Assembly (NCBI RefSeq): GCF_006345805.1
Contig: NC_043015.1
Location: 11,532,001-11,596,000 of the forward strand
Source: Octopus sinensis
Taxonomy: Eukaryota
Length of the DNA: 64,000 nucleotides
Reading direction: 5' to 3'
The notes below the pieces were generated by a model, which saw only the letters and a program-made list of their open reading frames with translations, had not been told where the DNA came from and searched no databases. This document shows, in pieces, positions 12,003-26,854 of this stretch. Position 1 is the first letter of the stretch. Each line of letters starts with the position of its first letter. A program made the position numbers and the translations under genes.

Positions 12003-15000
12003 TAGTAAAATTTTAGTACTTAACCATAGTTTGTATCCATTGCGTATGCTAACAGTGCATGAATGTGAACGCAACAATTCCTTTTTATCATTATAGTGTA
12101 ATAGATGTTAGCAGCATTAGACATTATCCAAATAGCTTTTCATTATTTATTTAGCTTCTGAATTCAAAACTTGACATTGAAGACTTTGCCTTCTATCCCT
12201 CTGGTGTCAACTAAACAAATATCACTCAAGAAGTGGAACGGTCTAATGAATTATGCTGCGTTTCTCACAAAATATGTGGCCCTAAGCCAATTTTAAATCA
12301 TCATAATGATCATCATTATCATGATCATCATCATCACAGAAGATATTCTCATGGGAAAATGCCTTCCCGTATTTAATTACAAAGATTTGTAGTGAAATCC
12401 CACTTAGAGGCGAATTTACTTTTCATCTATTCCAGGCCGATAAAATTATCTTAAATTACAAGGGCTGGTTAATTCGTACAGGATCCCGCCTCAAATCTTT
12501 TGGCTTGGTGCCAAATTAAGAAATCGCTTACTCTAAGTCAAATGTGTTCGATAATAGCATCTGTAGATCTCTTCTAGTAATATCCGTATTATTTACTTAC
12601 GTATTTGTACCTATTAAGTTCAAATAGCATCCCGTATACGTTTTCTCTTTCATCATGTCGAAGCCAATAAATTCATAAAGGTTTACATATACACAATTCT
12701 ATATAATTAACAACAGATTCATCACATAATCCAATTCATGACCTTGTCCCAAATCGCAAAAAGCGAAATATACAGTGGATTAAGCCAAATCCGGTGCTTC
12801 AACGGTACATTAAATTATGAAACACGGAAGGATAAGTTGATTTTGAGGCCGTTTTTAGTCGGTAAGTAAAACGGCTTATTTGAATTCAGGCGGTAAACGG
12901 TGCTGCAAATGTTATAACTATGGTTGAAATAGAGACTGCAAGGAGTGAAAGAAAATGACCGAGGAATGTCATTTATTATGTCTGTGTTCTGAATTCAGTT
13001 GCTGGTAAGATAGACATTTCTATCATTTCTTCAATTTTGATAAGATATATAAAACCTTTGATATATTATGGTCACTAGTATATTGCATGAGTACATCAGT
13101 TTTTATAATTCCGTTTGTATGTTGGTCTGACTTTTGTATATAGCAAGGCAAATTCATAACCATATAACGTTATAGTTAAGCCTCTGTATTGCGCGCACGC
13201 ATACATATATGCAAATTTGTGTGTATGTATGTGTATGTGTGTGTACCTATGTATATATATGTGTATTATTTTGTAGGACTCTGTATTTTTATGGCGTTGA
13301 ATAAGTTTATAACTGTTGAATTATTTTCCCTTGTGTAAGCCTGAATTTTTGCAGTTGAAATATTTACATGGGTTTCCGTTTTCCTTATCATTCCTAATTT
13401 CCCCTCGACAGGATCTCTGTGAGTTTGGAGTTTCTGAAATTTGGGTGTTTGACTCGTTAGTGTTACTTATGTTTCTCTCATTCGAATCTGTCTTCTATTG
13501 TTACTTTCTGTTTGTCGTTTTAAGTTAGCCATATCATATTCTTATATATTATGTATTTATTGAAGAGTTTGCTATTTTTTTTTTACCGGGCGTCTTCGTG
13601 TTTTACGTAAGCGTACTGTATCCTCAAGTATGAACTCTTTTACAGACTGTCGTAAACATCTGAGATCTGAGTGATCCCCATTTGAGGGACCAAAATGGGC
13701 ATCGTATATACAACATCTTTGATTTTAAGGTGGGTTTACAGCTGGTACAAATGTGGAGTGGTAATGAATCGTGATGGGGATAATAAATTTCAAAATCATG
13801 TGTAGTTGGTGTCGTATATATCAACTCTGTGTCTGGCGAAACATTAACTTCTGAAAATTAATGAAATAACTGACAGAAAGACAGACAAAATTTATATTTA
13901 TGGTGTAGCCGACAAATTTGCTTAAGTACATTTGCGCTCCTAGGAGCAAGAGCGAAAACAAACACACTTTTAAATTTTAGGCAGTCACCTGGACTGCTTT
14001 CTCAGCCAAGCAGAGTGCCCACCTCCTACCGCACTGAAAGTAAGTTTTGCACTTTTCTAGTATCCTCCACTTTATATTAAAATACTCTGGGTTTTCTTTA
14101 ATTTTCTGTAGATTGCCTATCTCTGATAGTTGAACAAGGACTTGTGGTTGTCGTCGAACATCTTCCTCAAATGACGTTTATGACGTGCATGTGTACTTCC
14201 GTTGGGACCCTTTGACAGCATTGCACTGGTCATTCGGCGCTATCTTAGCTTTAGCGGTTTGCCTCAGTTTTAGATTTGGGCCTACTTATTATACTTACAT
14301 TTATATGACATGCGCAATTACAAACAATCCTCAAAGATTGTATATTAGAGATTTTTCTTTATCTGTGAGTTTGAAGGAAATCCTTATCGACGAAAATAAG
14401 AAATATTTTACCTGCACGATTTTTTACGTTAATGAAAAAAAAAGCGTTGTAAACCATATTACCTTACGCTGGTATAGTGTACATCTTGGTGGCTTTAGAG
14501 CCTGGCTTATAATTAATCCTATCCTGTGACTCGTTGCCATACGGGGTCGGAGTCGTGACATCAAGTATCTCTTTATGCAATGAGAACATCTACATTCATC
14601 CACTACCTCCCTTAACAAGTTTCGTGTAAAACTAGTTGCAAGCTGTACAAATATATTTCAGCCTCACGTTCGGTTTTTGAAAGGGATTATAGGTACTATT
14701 GTCATGATTAAATAACATAACTAAAAAATCAACAACTTAGGAGGTGGTCCTTATTAAGACGCTAATCCCAAGGGAATTACGGTTGGGGTATAGATCTTTC
14801 TGAGACTATCGTGTGCGTGACCGTTCATCCGTCACGAAATTAACATTCCATTGCCTCTATGCAAGTCAAAGCCAGTTCAAAATTATTTTTTTACAATGGA
14901 TATTTAAAAAATTATGTCCAATAAAATCACAAAGCTTTCAAAGCGGCCATCAGAATATCGAAGGTGGCTTCCGTGCAAATATCTGTCGATTTAGCAGGGT

Positions 15001-15084
15001 TTTGGTGGAGTCCGGTATTTTGTTTATATATATATATATATATATTATAGCTGTGTGTCCGTGTGTGTCTATGTATGTATTTAT

Positions 15085-15885
15085 ATATGCCGAATCGCTA
15101 ATATACGGGAACGTAGGCATACCAACATCGGTTGTCAAGCGATGAGAGGGACAAACACCGACATAAACACACACACACGCACACACGCACACACATATAT
15201 ATATGTACATATATATATATTATATATATATATATATAACAATTTAATAAATAAAACATATGCATACATACATACATATATGTACATACCTACATCTATA
15301 TGTATATATACATGCATATATGAGTACAGGACACCACAAATAAACGTAGAACACGAGAAACGAAAACATAAAACCAAACAAGGAAACGGACTTTTTTTAA
15401 CAACGAAAAAACAGAGTACAAAACAAACAACACAAGGAACATTCCCCTCTTTCAGCTGCCCCTGTTTCGACTCAATGCGTGTTTCGAAGGTAAGGGCAGA
15501 ACACGGCCACGCCGAAGCAATCCTTCCCGCAAAATGAATTAAATAACATTTTTTTGCGGAGGGGTAAAAAGAAAAAAAGGGACAAGAACAGGACGTAAAA
15601 GCAATACAAATGAAGAAAAAACAGTAAAAGACAGGACAAGGAATCCAACAATAAGGGCTTTTTTTAAGCCTAGACGATCGAAAAATTCGTTAGAACGTAT
15701 TCTGAAGATCGGCTTGCGATATATATATATATATATATATAAGACTGGCTTCTTTCAGTCTCCGTCTACCAAATCCAGAGGTTATAGTAGAAGACACTTG
15801 TCCAAGGTGCCACGCAGCGAGACTGAACCCGGAAACATGTGAGTGGGAAGCAAGCTTCTTACCACACAGTCACGCTTGGGCCTAT
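15085..15885 (-). mobile_element. SINE family A split by an insertion in its central microsatellite
   Basis: 3' half at 15085-15200 and head at 15740-15885, with an unrelated ~400-bp segment at 15320-15720 between them. Confidence 0.75.
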
Positions 15886-15893
15886 ATATATAT

Positions 15894-15924
<31 letters not shown>

Positions 15925-15929
15925 TAATG

Positions 15930-15962
<33 letters not shown>

Positions 15963-15983
15963 TAATGTATATGTGTATATATA

Positions 15984-16014
<31 letters not shown>

Positions 16015-16805
16015 CGAGCAAAACGCCCCCTGCCCAATGGACGGTGCTGAGTTGTCAAACATTTAAACCAAATTTTCTCAAAGCTACTTGTCCCTTTAGA
16101 AACACTGATTTAACCTAAATTTGAGACACCAGCAAAAGGAGAAATAAAGATACTTTTTTTTCTATTTCAAAGAAAAATGATTTTATTCACACAAATGTTC
16201 AACCGAAGAGTTTAAAGTACCATTAATGATAAGGTTGTTGACTGGGAGAACACAAACATGGTTTAAACAGTAAGCTTGGCAGGAAAGAAACGTGCTTTTA
16301 AGCAGTACAAAAAGAACAAAAAAAGGAAGGTGCAGTTACGTACAGATTGACAGACGAAAAGCAGGACAAAAACGGCTTTATCGATCGTATTCTCACCTGG
16401 AATCGATTTTTGTAATTTTTCAAGACTTATACACGCCCTGATACCGTCGGTATCTACATATCAAGTTTGAGCGCAATCGGATGGAGGATGCCCGAAATCC
16501 GAGAAGACACGCACACACACAGACAGACAGAACGGATTTTATATAAGAGATATACTGGGTGGGATGTGTATCTGTGTACACGCATATGCATCTCTGTGTG
16601 TACGAGTGTGTGCGCGTGTGGCTGCGATGCAAACACATACACGTGCAGTCATGTGCTATACAAGATAGCATGGGATTTTTGTTGAGATATGTAGGTTATA
16701 ATTTGAGATATATTTCACTGCTATTTCTGGGTGATTGTTCGATTACGTGATATCTTGATATCTTTATGATGGTTCTATGCGATGTGATTTACATTCGGAT
16801 GCTGT

Positions 16806-16896
16806 AACTAAATTTCAGTGCAACTAAATTTCAGTGCAACTAAATTTCAGTGCAACTAAATTTCAGTGCAACTAAATTTCAGTGCAACTAAATTTC
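16806..16896. repeat. 16-bp minisatellite AACTAAATTTCAGTGC x5.7
   Basis: Perfect tandem copies. Confidence 0.97.
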
Positions 16897-17140
16897 TTCA
16901 ATTTGTGACTAGACTGTGTCTTTCAGATTTTGAAATTATTCCTTGCAGGCAGATTCTCAGTGTGGTTTTTTATTCGAAGAATATTTGCCTGCAAGTCCTG
17001 TGAGGTGGAGACTCCTTAAACGGGACATATTATCCGTTATATTTCATAAAAGAATAAAACGACCGTAATCATGACGATGATTATGATAATTAAAGCTGTG
17101 ATATTTTTTATGACAGCACAGCTGCTTATTATGCAATTAC

Positions 17141-17151
17141 GATGATGATGG

Positions 17152-17190
<39 letters not shown>

Positions 17191-17191
17191 C

Positions 17192-17240
<49 letters not shown>

Positions 17241-17283
17241 GTGGTGATGATGGTGATGTTGGTGATGATGGTGATGATGATGG

Positions 17284-17338
<55 letters not shown>

Positions 17339-17570
17339 GATGATGATGATGATGGCGGTGATGATGATGATGATGATGATGATAAAGTTGATGATCATGA
17401 TGATCATGATGATGATCATGATGATGATCATGACGATAATGATGACGATGATGATGATGACGACGACGACGATGATGATGATGATGACGACGACGACGAC
17501 AACTATGATGACGAGGAACAGGAGGAGGACGACGATGATGACGATGACGATGTTCATGATAATTATGATG
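17141..17570. repeat. (GAT)n/(GAC)n trinucleotide array
   Basis: Direct reading. Confidence 0.97.
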
Positions 17571-17850
17571 GAGTCGAAGTTAAAAATGATCATTATCTTG
17601 AAAGATCGTAATGATTATGATGATATTCGGTTATTTTGGAGTTCAAAAGTAAAATCGTTTCCTACCAACTTCAGAAGCAGTAAAACAGTAGGATTGTCTT
17701 AAAATATGTCTCTGTTGAGACCTTTGGCATTTAGCACGGAAGAACTGGAATACGAACTGCATGAGACGTCTAGGTGTGTATGCAAATGTGAGAGTGTCTC
17801 CATACGTAATAACACACACACACGCATATATATGTATATATATATACGCA

Positions 17851-17905
<55 letters not shown>

Positions 17906-18708
17906 GTATGTATGTATATACGCATGCACAAACACACACATACATACACATTTATATATACATAAAGATATACATAAAGATAAAATGATATATATATATT
18001 TATACACATGACCATATATGCATATATAGACAGGAAGACACAAATACAAAGAAACGCAGAGACACATAAGCACGTATACGTATATTTACCAATTCACATG
18101 TGTGTATATGTGTTTGGGTGTGTGTAAATATCAAGTGAGAGACATTGAAGGAAGACAGGCGGAAGCTGACCAAGGGGCTAATTATCTACAACGTACAAAA
18201 ATATTTCTTGCATTCTTATTAACTTCTTTATACTTCCATTTTCTTCTGTGGATTTAAGGTACCGCAGTTTTTTTTTGGTTGGTTTTTTTTTTACATTTAG
18301 TCTAACTTAGGTTCCGTAATTATATATACTTTGATTGTTAATTCTACCTCCCAAATAAATATGATTTATTCACTAACGGAAATTTACTTAGCCAGTGTCT
18401 ACCCACCATTGTCTGCTGTAGTTTACAACCACACGGTTTCGATTTCAATCCAACTACTCCAAGGAGATTATCAAGGGACACCTAGAAAAATTCGGCGTTG
18501 AACTTTTACCTACGTTTGAAATTTGATGGTTGGCCAATACGTCGAATTATGTGTGCATCTGTCTGTCTCTGCGACTGTGTCTCTGGTTTTTCTGTATGTG
18601 AGTACGCTCGGCTGTGAGCATATGTATATTGCATCTAGATTTTATGCCTAAATATTGAAATATTTATATACATACATATATATATATATATGTGTGTGCG
18701 TGTGTGTG

Positions 18709-18758
<50 letters not shown>

Positions 18759-18860
18759 ACATAAATTAGGATAATATCGTTAATTTAAATTAAATAACGA
18801 TCCGATCACGTGGCCAGCATGGAAATAAAAAACCTTCAAAGGTAATAATTATTATTAAAA

Positions 18861-19127
18861 TTATAATTTAGGGTATCTACGAGATACCACCATGCTGAAA
18901 ATAGAAGCCAGAATCTGACTCTTAAACCACCTTAAATGTCCATATGGCACAAGGAGTGAAGACAAAAAGACAAAGTAAAACTAGCAAAAAATTACTGGAT
19001 TTTTTGCTAGTTTTACTTTGTCTTTTTGTCTTCTCTCCGTGTGCTGTATGAACATTTGTGGTTTATGAGTCAGATTCTGGCTGCTATTTTCAGCATGGTG
19101 GTATCTCGTAGATACCCTAAATTATAA
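18861..19127. repeat. Long fold-back palindrome (arms ~130 bp, 6-nt spacer)
   Basis: TTATAATTTAGGGTATCTACGAGATACCACCATGCTGAAAATAG at the left and its exact reverse complement ending at 19127. Centre CTAGCAAAAAAT-TACTGG-ATTTTTTGCTAG. Confidence 0.97.
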
Positions 19128-19181
19128 CATATATATATGAAACTAATATATATATATATATATGAAACAAATAAGAAAAGA

Positions 19182-19237
<56 letters not shown>

Positions 19238-19239
<2 letters not shown>

Positions 19240-19450
19240 TCTTTTTTTAATTTGTTTCAGTCATTTGACTGCAGCCATATGGTAGCACCGCCTTTAGACG
19301 AACAAATCGACCCAGGATTTATTCTCTGTAAGCCTAGTGCTTATTCTATCGATTTCATTTGCGAACCGATAGGTGACGGGAACTCGAAACACACCAACAT
19401 CAGTTGTCAAGCGATGGAGGGGGGGTCAAACATAGACACACACCCACACA
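19238..19450 (-). mobile_element. SINE family A 3' half
   Basis: TTTCAGTCATTTGACTGCAGCCAT...GTTGTCAAGCGATG. Confidence 0.85.
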
Positions 19451-19535
19451 CATGCACATATATATATGTATATATTTTTTTATATATACATGTGTTTGTG
19501 CGTGCATGGATGTTTTGCGCTCTTGTCCCATTTTG

Positions 19536-19661
<126 letters not shown>

Positions 19662-19668
19662 ATAGATG

Positions 19669-19715
<47 letters not shown>

Positions 19716-19722
19716 ATAGATG

Positions 19723-19758
<36 letters not shown>

Positions 19759-19767
19759 ATATATATA

Positions 19768-19938
19768 GGCGCAGGAGTGGCTGTGTGGTAAGTAGCTTGT
19801 TTACCAACCACATTGTTCTGGGTTCAGTCCCACTGCATGTCACCTTGGGCAAGTTTCTTCTACTATAGCCTCGGGCCGACCAAAGCCTTGTGAGTGGATT
19901 TGGTAGACGGAAACTGAAAGAAGCCCGTCGTATATATG

Positions 19939-19991
<53 letters not shown>

Positions 19992-20186
19992 TTATATGTT
20001 TGTATCGATTGACAACCGATGGTGGTGTGTTTACGTCCCCGTAACTTAGCGGTTCAGCAAAATATACCGATAGAATAAGTACTAGGCTTACAAAGAATAA
20101 GTCCTGGGGTCGATTTGCTCGACTAAAGACGGTGCCCCAGCATAACCAAAGTCACATGACTGAAACAAGTAAAAGAGTAAAAGAGT
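19768..20186 (+). mobile_element. Full-length SINE family A
   Basis: GGCGCAGGAGTGGCTGTGTGGTAAG head, GGTTCAGTCCC B-box, and (GTAAAAGA)n tail. Confidence 0.92.
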
Positions 20187-20199
20187 ACATATATATATA

Positions 20200-20242
<43 letters not shown>

Positions 20243-22087
20243 AAATAGGGTAATAATAAATTATTATTACCAGTGGTCTAGCACAAAAAACGAATTAGTC
20301 ATTAGACTATATATTATTCATATAGAAATACAATAAAACATTTTTACCGGCATCCTCTCTGTCGCCGGGTATAATTTCCGTCTGCGCAGACGTTTGAAAA
20401 GTTAGGATTTGCAAGCCGTTAGATCTACATGTGGATCTAGCAGTCTGTACGTCAGGATTATTAAGGCTGTCCCATTGAAGAAACTTGCCTTCGCAAACTT
20501 CTTTTTTGCTGGAAATAGTTAGAAATCGTCTGTCTGGGATATAGTTGAGATGGTAAATGTTTTTAATTTTCATTCCTTTCGTAAATTTATCCCTTTTTTG
20601 TGTTCTAGCACAACGCTTTCCTGTTTGGATGCCTCTTGTTGTATATATATATAGCGGCGTACGTACACCTTGGTCTCTTATACGACTCTATTCTTTCTTT
20701 CTATCAGCCTTTTCATGCTGTAAATCCGGTATAGTAGGAAATAGAAATAATAATGTAGAATAGACTTTTTTTCATGATTTACAATCCATAATTTATTTAT
20801 GCATGTTTCAGATGAGAAATATTAAGTAATATATTGATGATTTAATTCTGCATATTAATTCATTTGTAGTTAATTGACTATAGATCTATATAGATCAGGA
20901 ACATCAAGACATGCATATCTTTCGCGGAGCTACCACACTGCGCAGAACATAGGACACAGAACCATCAGGATATAGTGCTAACCCGACCATTCCCGTCCAA
21001 AACTAGCCGTTATGTATGAACATTAGAGAAAGTAAATAAAAGAAATTTGGAGTGGTATTCAAATAGACATCCTGCTGCGGTTGAAGCTTAGCTGACCGAG
21101 ACAGAAAAGCAAAGGCTAATAAATTTCAACTGTTAACAAGATATATTAAGTCAGCAAAGTTTCTGACCACTGAGGCTCTAGAAAAATATATTCATGTGGG
21201 AGACAGTTTAGTTAATCAACTTACAATGAGAAAAAAAAGTTTTGGCTTCATTCTAAACAATGAAGTCTGCTGAGGAAAAACTTTGCTGAGTATATTCTAA
21301 ATAAAAAAAACTCTAATTAAAAAATATGAACTAAAAAATGTAACAGAAAAATTCATCAGATAAGATACAGCTAAATTAATAAATCAATGGAAGAAAATTA
21401 AAATGCGTGGAAAATAGATGTAGTTCTGAGTACTATGATACTTAAATACCTTATCAATGGATACCCATATATAAACTATTTAAAAATCATTAGAATTCAA
21501 GCGAGAAAATTGAGACATTAATGTAAACAAAATAAGTAAAAGAATAATGATACAGAAAAAATCATATAATACCAAAATGTTCTGATTAATTAAAATATTT
21601 TAATACACTCGTGATAATACTAACATATATAATTAAAATTGAAACGCTGGCATCGTCTAGTTGGGTATGCTTAAAATATATATGAAGTATACTGGACCGG
21701 TAAGGACAGCCCATCCTTTTATAATATCATAAACTAGTTGTTACAAGACTTATTAGAGAAGCATTTGACGGCTTTTCTAAATAGATGTGTACATCGCATT
21801 AATTCATTTTTTTTTCGGTTCAAAAGACGGAGATTGGAAAGTGAGAATATTAACAGCTTCCTCGAGGCATAAATTTCATTTTTACTTCACCACCGATATA
21901 CTGGCTTGCATAACATATAATAGAGAATTTAGTAACATATTTGGCATTTATCTCCTTCAGACTCGAAATATTTTTACTGAGAGTGTGAAATGCTCTCTTT
22001 ACTAAAATTCTAAAGAAGGAGGAGTGACTAAATAATCTCGCACAGTAGTCTGTTAGGCAAGAACCATGTAATAGAGAGGGCTACCAT

Positions 22088-22877
<790 letters not shown>

Positions 22878-24889
22878 ATTACTTCATATTTATACACAAA
22901 ATTGTTTGTCTTAAGCACTGGTTATCGAGCGGATATTTCACGCGCTTTTATACTTACATAAACATTCTGGCAGCTGATGATGGGAATATATGTTTGATAT
23001 ATATTTCGTCTGTGAGTCTTTTATATCTTGGGCTATTGTTGTTCAACATTGTCCTTAATTCTTGTAAAGTTGAACATGTTAAAGTGATTACATATATCGT
23101 ATTGTATGATTGCTTATGTTAAGGATGTGCCATGTGAAATTCCTGTGCTTTGTGAGGTTGAATATTTCTAGCGATCTTGAATGCTCTGGTTGAGGGAAAC
23201 GTTTCAGATGTCAAACGCATAACATTTAAGCTATTTGTCCAAGGGGTAGCCCATCGACGCTAGCTTCGTACTTGAGAAAGGAGATGTATTTTACTCTCTT
23301 AGTAGACGTATCAAGTAATTTACATGGTGTAGAAGCATTTGATGTTTGATGTTGATTCAGTTCATTGTAGTAGAATGTGTCGGAGTCAATATCGTTCCCC
23401 GTTCCCCAGGTTTGCATATTCACAGAAACTATTCCACCAATCATTCTGTATACTTTATTGTAGATGTAGTGAGAGGACATTTCATTTTGAACCATCACAT
23501 CCACATTTTCCAACTTCAGGTTATGACTGTCATAAAAAGATATTAAACTCAGGTTATTCTGAACACCATATCATACGGAATGGGAAGTTGAAATCCTCCC
23601 CGGCAAATGCTTTATAAAATGCTCTAGATCTTTTTGCGAACTGTGTAAAAAGAAGTGCGAACAAATCTATGAAAAGAGATATCGAATTCTAGACGAGGTT
23701 ATGCTATTTTTCTCTATGTATTAGATTCTCAATTAATCTATCTTCAAATGTTAACAACTACTGAAGTCACCAAACATAGCTATGTTGGTTAATCCCATAG
23801 AAAGTCTTTATTTCATTAACTTAATCTGGCTTATCTAATTATGAAACGTGTCGGTATTATATTATATATCATCATGTTGTAGTGACCAATGTTCTTTCAC
23901 TCGGTACTTCTCAGATGAATCATATATTATCCTCCTTTTAGTGGTTTTTTTTTCAAATGAACGCACAACACAATTTTTTTTTATTATCGACTATTCATTC
24001 GCTACATCATGTAATTACAAGCACAACGAGCCTTCTTAGTAATAGATGCATGTAATGGATGCATGTAATGGATGCACGTAATGATGCATCATTATACATA
24101 CTGATCCCGGTGGGGTACCATTTTGGTTCCAGGAATGCAATCTCTACTGGTTCTATGAATTATTTTTTGAAATACAACTAATGGCTACGAATATATGGCT
24201 TTATATAACCACACTCCTAATTTCCCATCTATTCTGATATAATGAAGTTCCTCAGAAATTTTCACATGACCACCTTACCGAATAACATCAACGAATATAT
24301 ATACCACAGCCATAATTGAGTGGATGAGCAGATGTTTCCTTACCCATACATAATGCGGAAAGGCTGAATGCGGCAGCTTTTTCTCCAAGGAAGCTATAAA
24401 GAGTGCTATTAAAAAAAATCATTTTCTTCGAAACTGCTCAGTTTTGCACAGACTATTCATCCCTTGACAAACAAATGAAGGCTCTTAACTATTTTACTAC
24501 ACCTTATTATTTTAATGAAAAAATAATGCTGCATTCTGGGTTGCATTTAGATGCATATTGCGTTGATGTCACTTCAAAATTAGAAGCAGTATTTCTATTA
24601 TCAGCTGCATTTCTTATTTATATAGTTTACTATATATCGCTGACACTCGAAAGATACATTTATCTATTTCGACACATTTATCTATTTTTTAAATTTAGCC
24701 AAAAGATCAGACAGTATATATATGTACATTGATACCATCATCCCCTTTACATTTCTATACAAAGCAATTTAAAAGTATATCATGTTTTATATTTACATGA
24801 GTTTATAAACTATCCTACCGAATTAACTTATATTTCAAAATGCCCTCCTATTTACTTACGCGTTTGTTTTTCTACCTATCTATTTTTCT

Positions 24890-25190
24890 ATTTTTATCTT
24901 TCAATTGCTTAAATCGTTTTACTGCGGCCACGCCGGGGCACCGCCTGGAACGTTTTAAGACTTACTTTGTTAATCTTAGTACTCATCGTATCCATCTCTT
25001 TTGCAGAAACACTAAATTACGTGAACGTAAACAACCGACATTGGTTGTGAAGCGGTGGTGACGGGACAAACATAGACACAAATACACAGACACATAGATA
25101 TATACATAGACACACACATACATACATGCATACACACACACACATACACACATATACACACATATATATACACACACATATATATATATA
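24890..25190 (-). mobile_element. Degenerate SINE family A 3' half
   Basis: ACTGCGGCCACGCCGGGGCACCGCC, TTAGTACT, GGTTGTGAAGCG. Confidence 0.7.
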
Positions 25191-25438
25191 GAATATGAGG
25201 GGCTTATTTCACTGGTGATCTAAACGAATAGGTACGCTGCGTAAGTGCTATAAGTGGCCATCTGTTGGTTTCCAAGCCCATTGCTGAGGCTGGAGCCGGG
25301 GATCCATAGTAGGCTTCCGAGTCAACAGTTATATATTAAAGGAAAAGGAAAACAAAACCAAGGCAAGACGAGTATCTCGGGTCATTTAGAATATTTAATT
25401 AGAGTAAGGCGAATCAAAAATGGAGTAGAAGTAATTAA

Positions 25439-25516
25439 TGCCTTACAGCTGTTTCTGGGATATCCCAGGTGATGGGTCAACATCTCCATGCACTAGATAT
25501 TCCGTCATCAGAGACA
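25439..25516 (-). ncRNA. Minimal type-I hammerhead ribozyme motif (Penelope-like pLTR)
   Basis: UGUCU-CUGAUGA-[CGGAAUAUC...GAUAUCCCA]-GAAA-C-AGCU-G-UA-AGGCA. Core intact, 5-bp helix I, palindromic helix III, helix II with 2 mismatches. Confidence 0.75.
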
Positions 25517-25591
25517 AGGTGTGTATGCAGGAAAAATTCCAAACAGAGAATTTACAATATATAAAAGAATGAAACAGTAGATAACAGAATG

Positions 25592-25908
25592 CTGAGACCC
25601 CATTCGGTCATGACACAAGTCCGGCCAAGGTTGTTTATGGAAGACCAGCAGTCACCCATGCATACCGGCCTCCCCTCTCCACGCCACCAGTGTTATCCAA
25701 GGGAAAGGCAAAGGCCGATACAGCTTGGCACCAGTGACGTCGCAACTACAGCTGAGTGAACTGGGGCAACGGGAAATAAAGTGAACTGGGGCAACGGGAA
25801 ATAAAGTGTCTTGCTCAAGAACACAACACGCAGCCCGACCTGTGATTCGAACTCACAACCTCACGATCGTAAGCTCGACACTCTAACCACTGAGCCATGC
25901 GCCTTCAC
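25592..25908 (-). mobile_element. tRNA-derived SINE (head shared with family C, different tail)
   Basis: Minus strand GTGAAGGCGCATGGCTCAGTGGTTAG...GAGTTCGAATC...TTCTTGAGCAAGACACTTTATTTC, with an internal 25-bp tandem duplication. Confidence 0.88.
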
Positions 25909-26589
25909 AGATAGAAGAATAAAGACAGAAGAATAAAGTCCCCACCCCGCACTCACCCGTATAACACCCGCACGAGACTCAAACCGATAAACAATGCTGA
26001 GTCTCGGGGTTTTCCTCAAACAGAAAATATAGATTATACTTCCTTTATTTTACCTAATACTCATGGTATCCACCTCTTTTGCCGAAACACTAGATTACGG
26101 GAAGGTAAACAACCCGACATTGGTTGTGAAGTATGGATAGGGGACAAACACAGACACATATATAGATACACACACACGCATACATACACACATACACACA
26201 TATAATAAAGGTGAGGGAGGATCGATTTTATGGTTTACACACTATTTGCTTTAAACGTTAAAGGTTTAACCAAATTGTAGATTCTAACTCCCCACGTGAC
26301 CCTAAATACCATTCGATCTTCAACAGATCTACTCTGGAATTATCCTATTCTTCTCCGTCCAGTATAGAATCTATTGTTGTCTCATCTAATAAACGCATAG
26401 TTAATTCATACTACCTAAATGACACCTGTAGGCGGAACAGTCAACTTATGTATAATCATAGCATAGGTCAATGCAGCGACAATACTAACACCAACCATGA
26501 TAGCAAATACCAAACCTCTAACAGTACTACTATGAATAGCATACGGAAATCCTGATTTCCGAGGATGGTAGGTGAACCTCTGAAATGAA

Positions 26590-26592
26590 TGT

Positions 26593-26665
<73 letters not shown>

Positions 26666-26817
26666 CTGCTGCTGCTGCTACTGCTGCTGCTGCTGCTAAT
26701 AATAATAATAATAATCATAATAATAATGATAACAATAATAACAAAAACAACAACAATAAAGGTAATAATAGTAACTATGGCAACAGTAATATTAGCAGTA
26801 ATAAGAATAAAAATAAT

Positions 26818-26854
<37 letters not shown>

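Noticed and set aside
16806-16896. Possible CRISPR-like array
   Set aside because: No spacers; a simple 16-bp minisatellite in eukaryotic DNA.
20385-20460. Hammerhead-like boxes on the minus strand (CUGACGU ... CAAACGUC)
   Set aside because: Both core boxes are mutated and helix I does not form.
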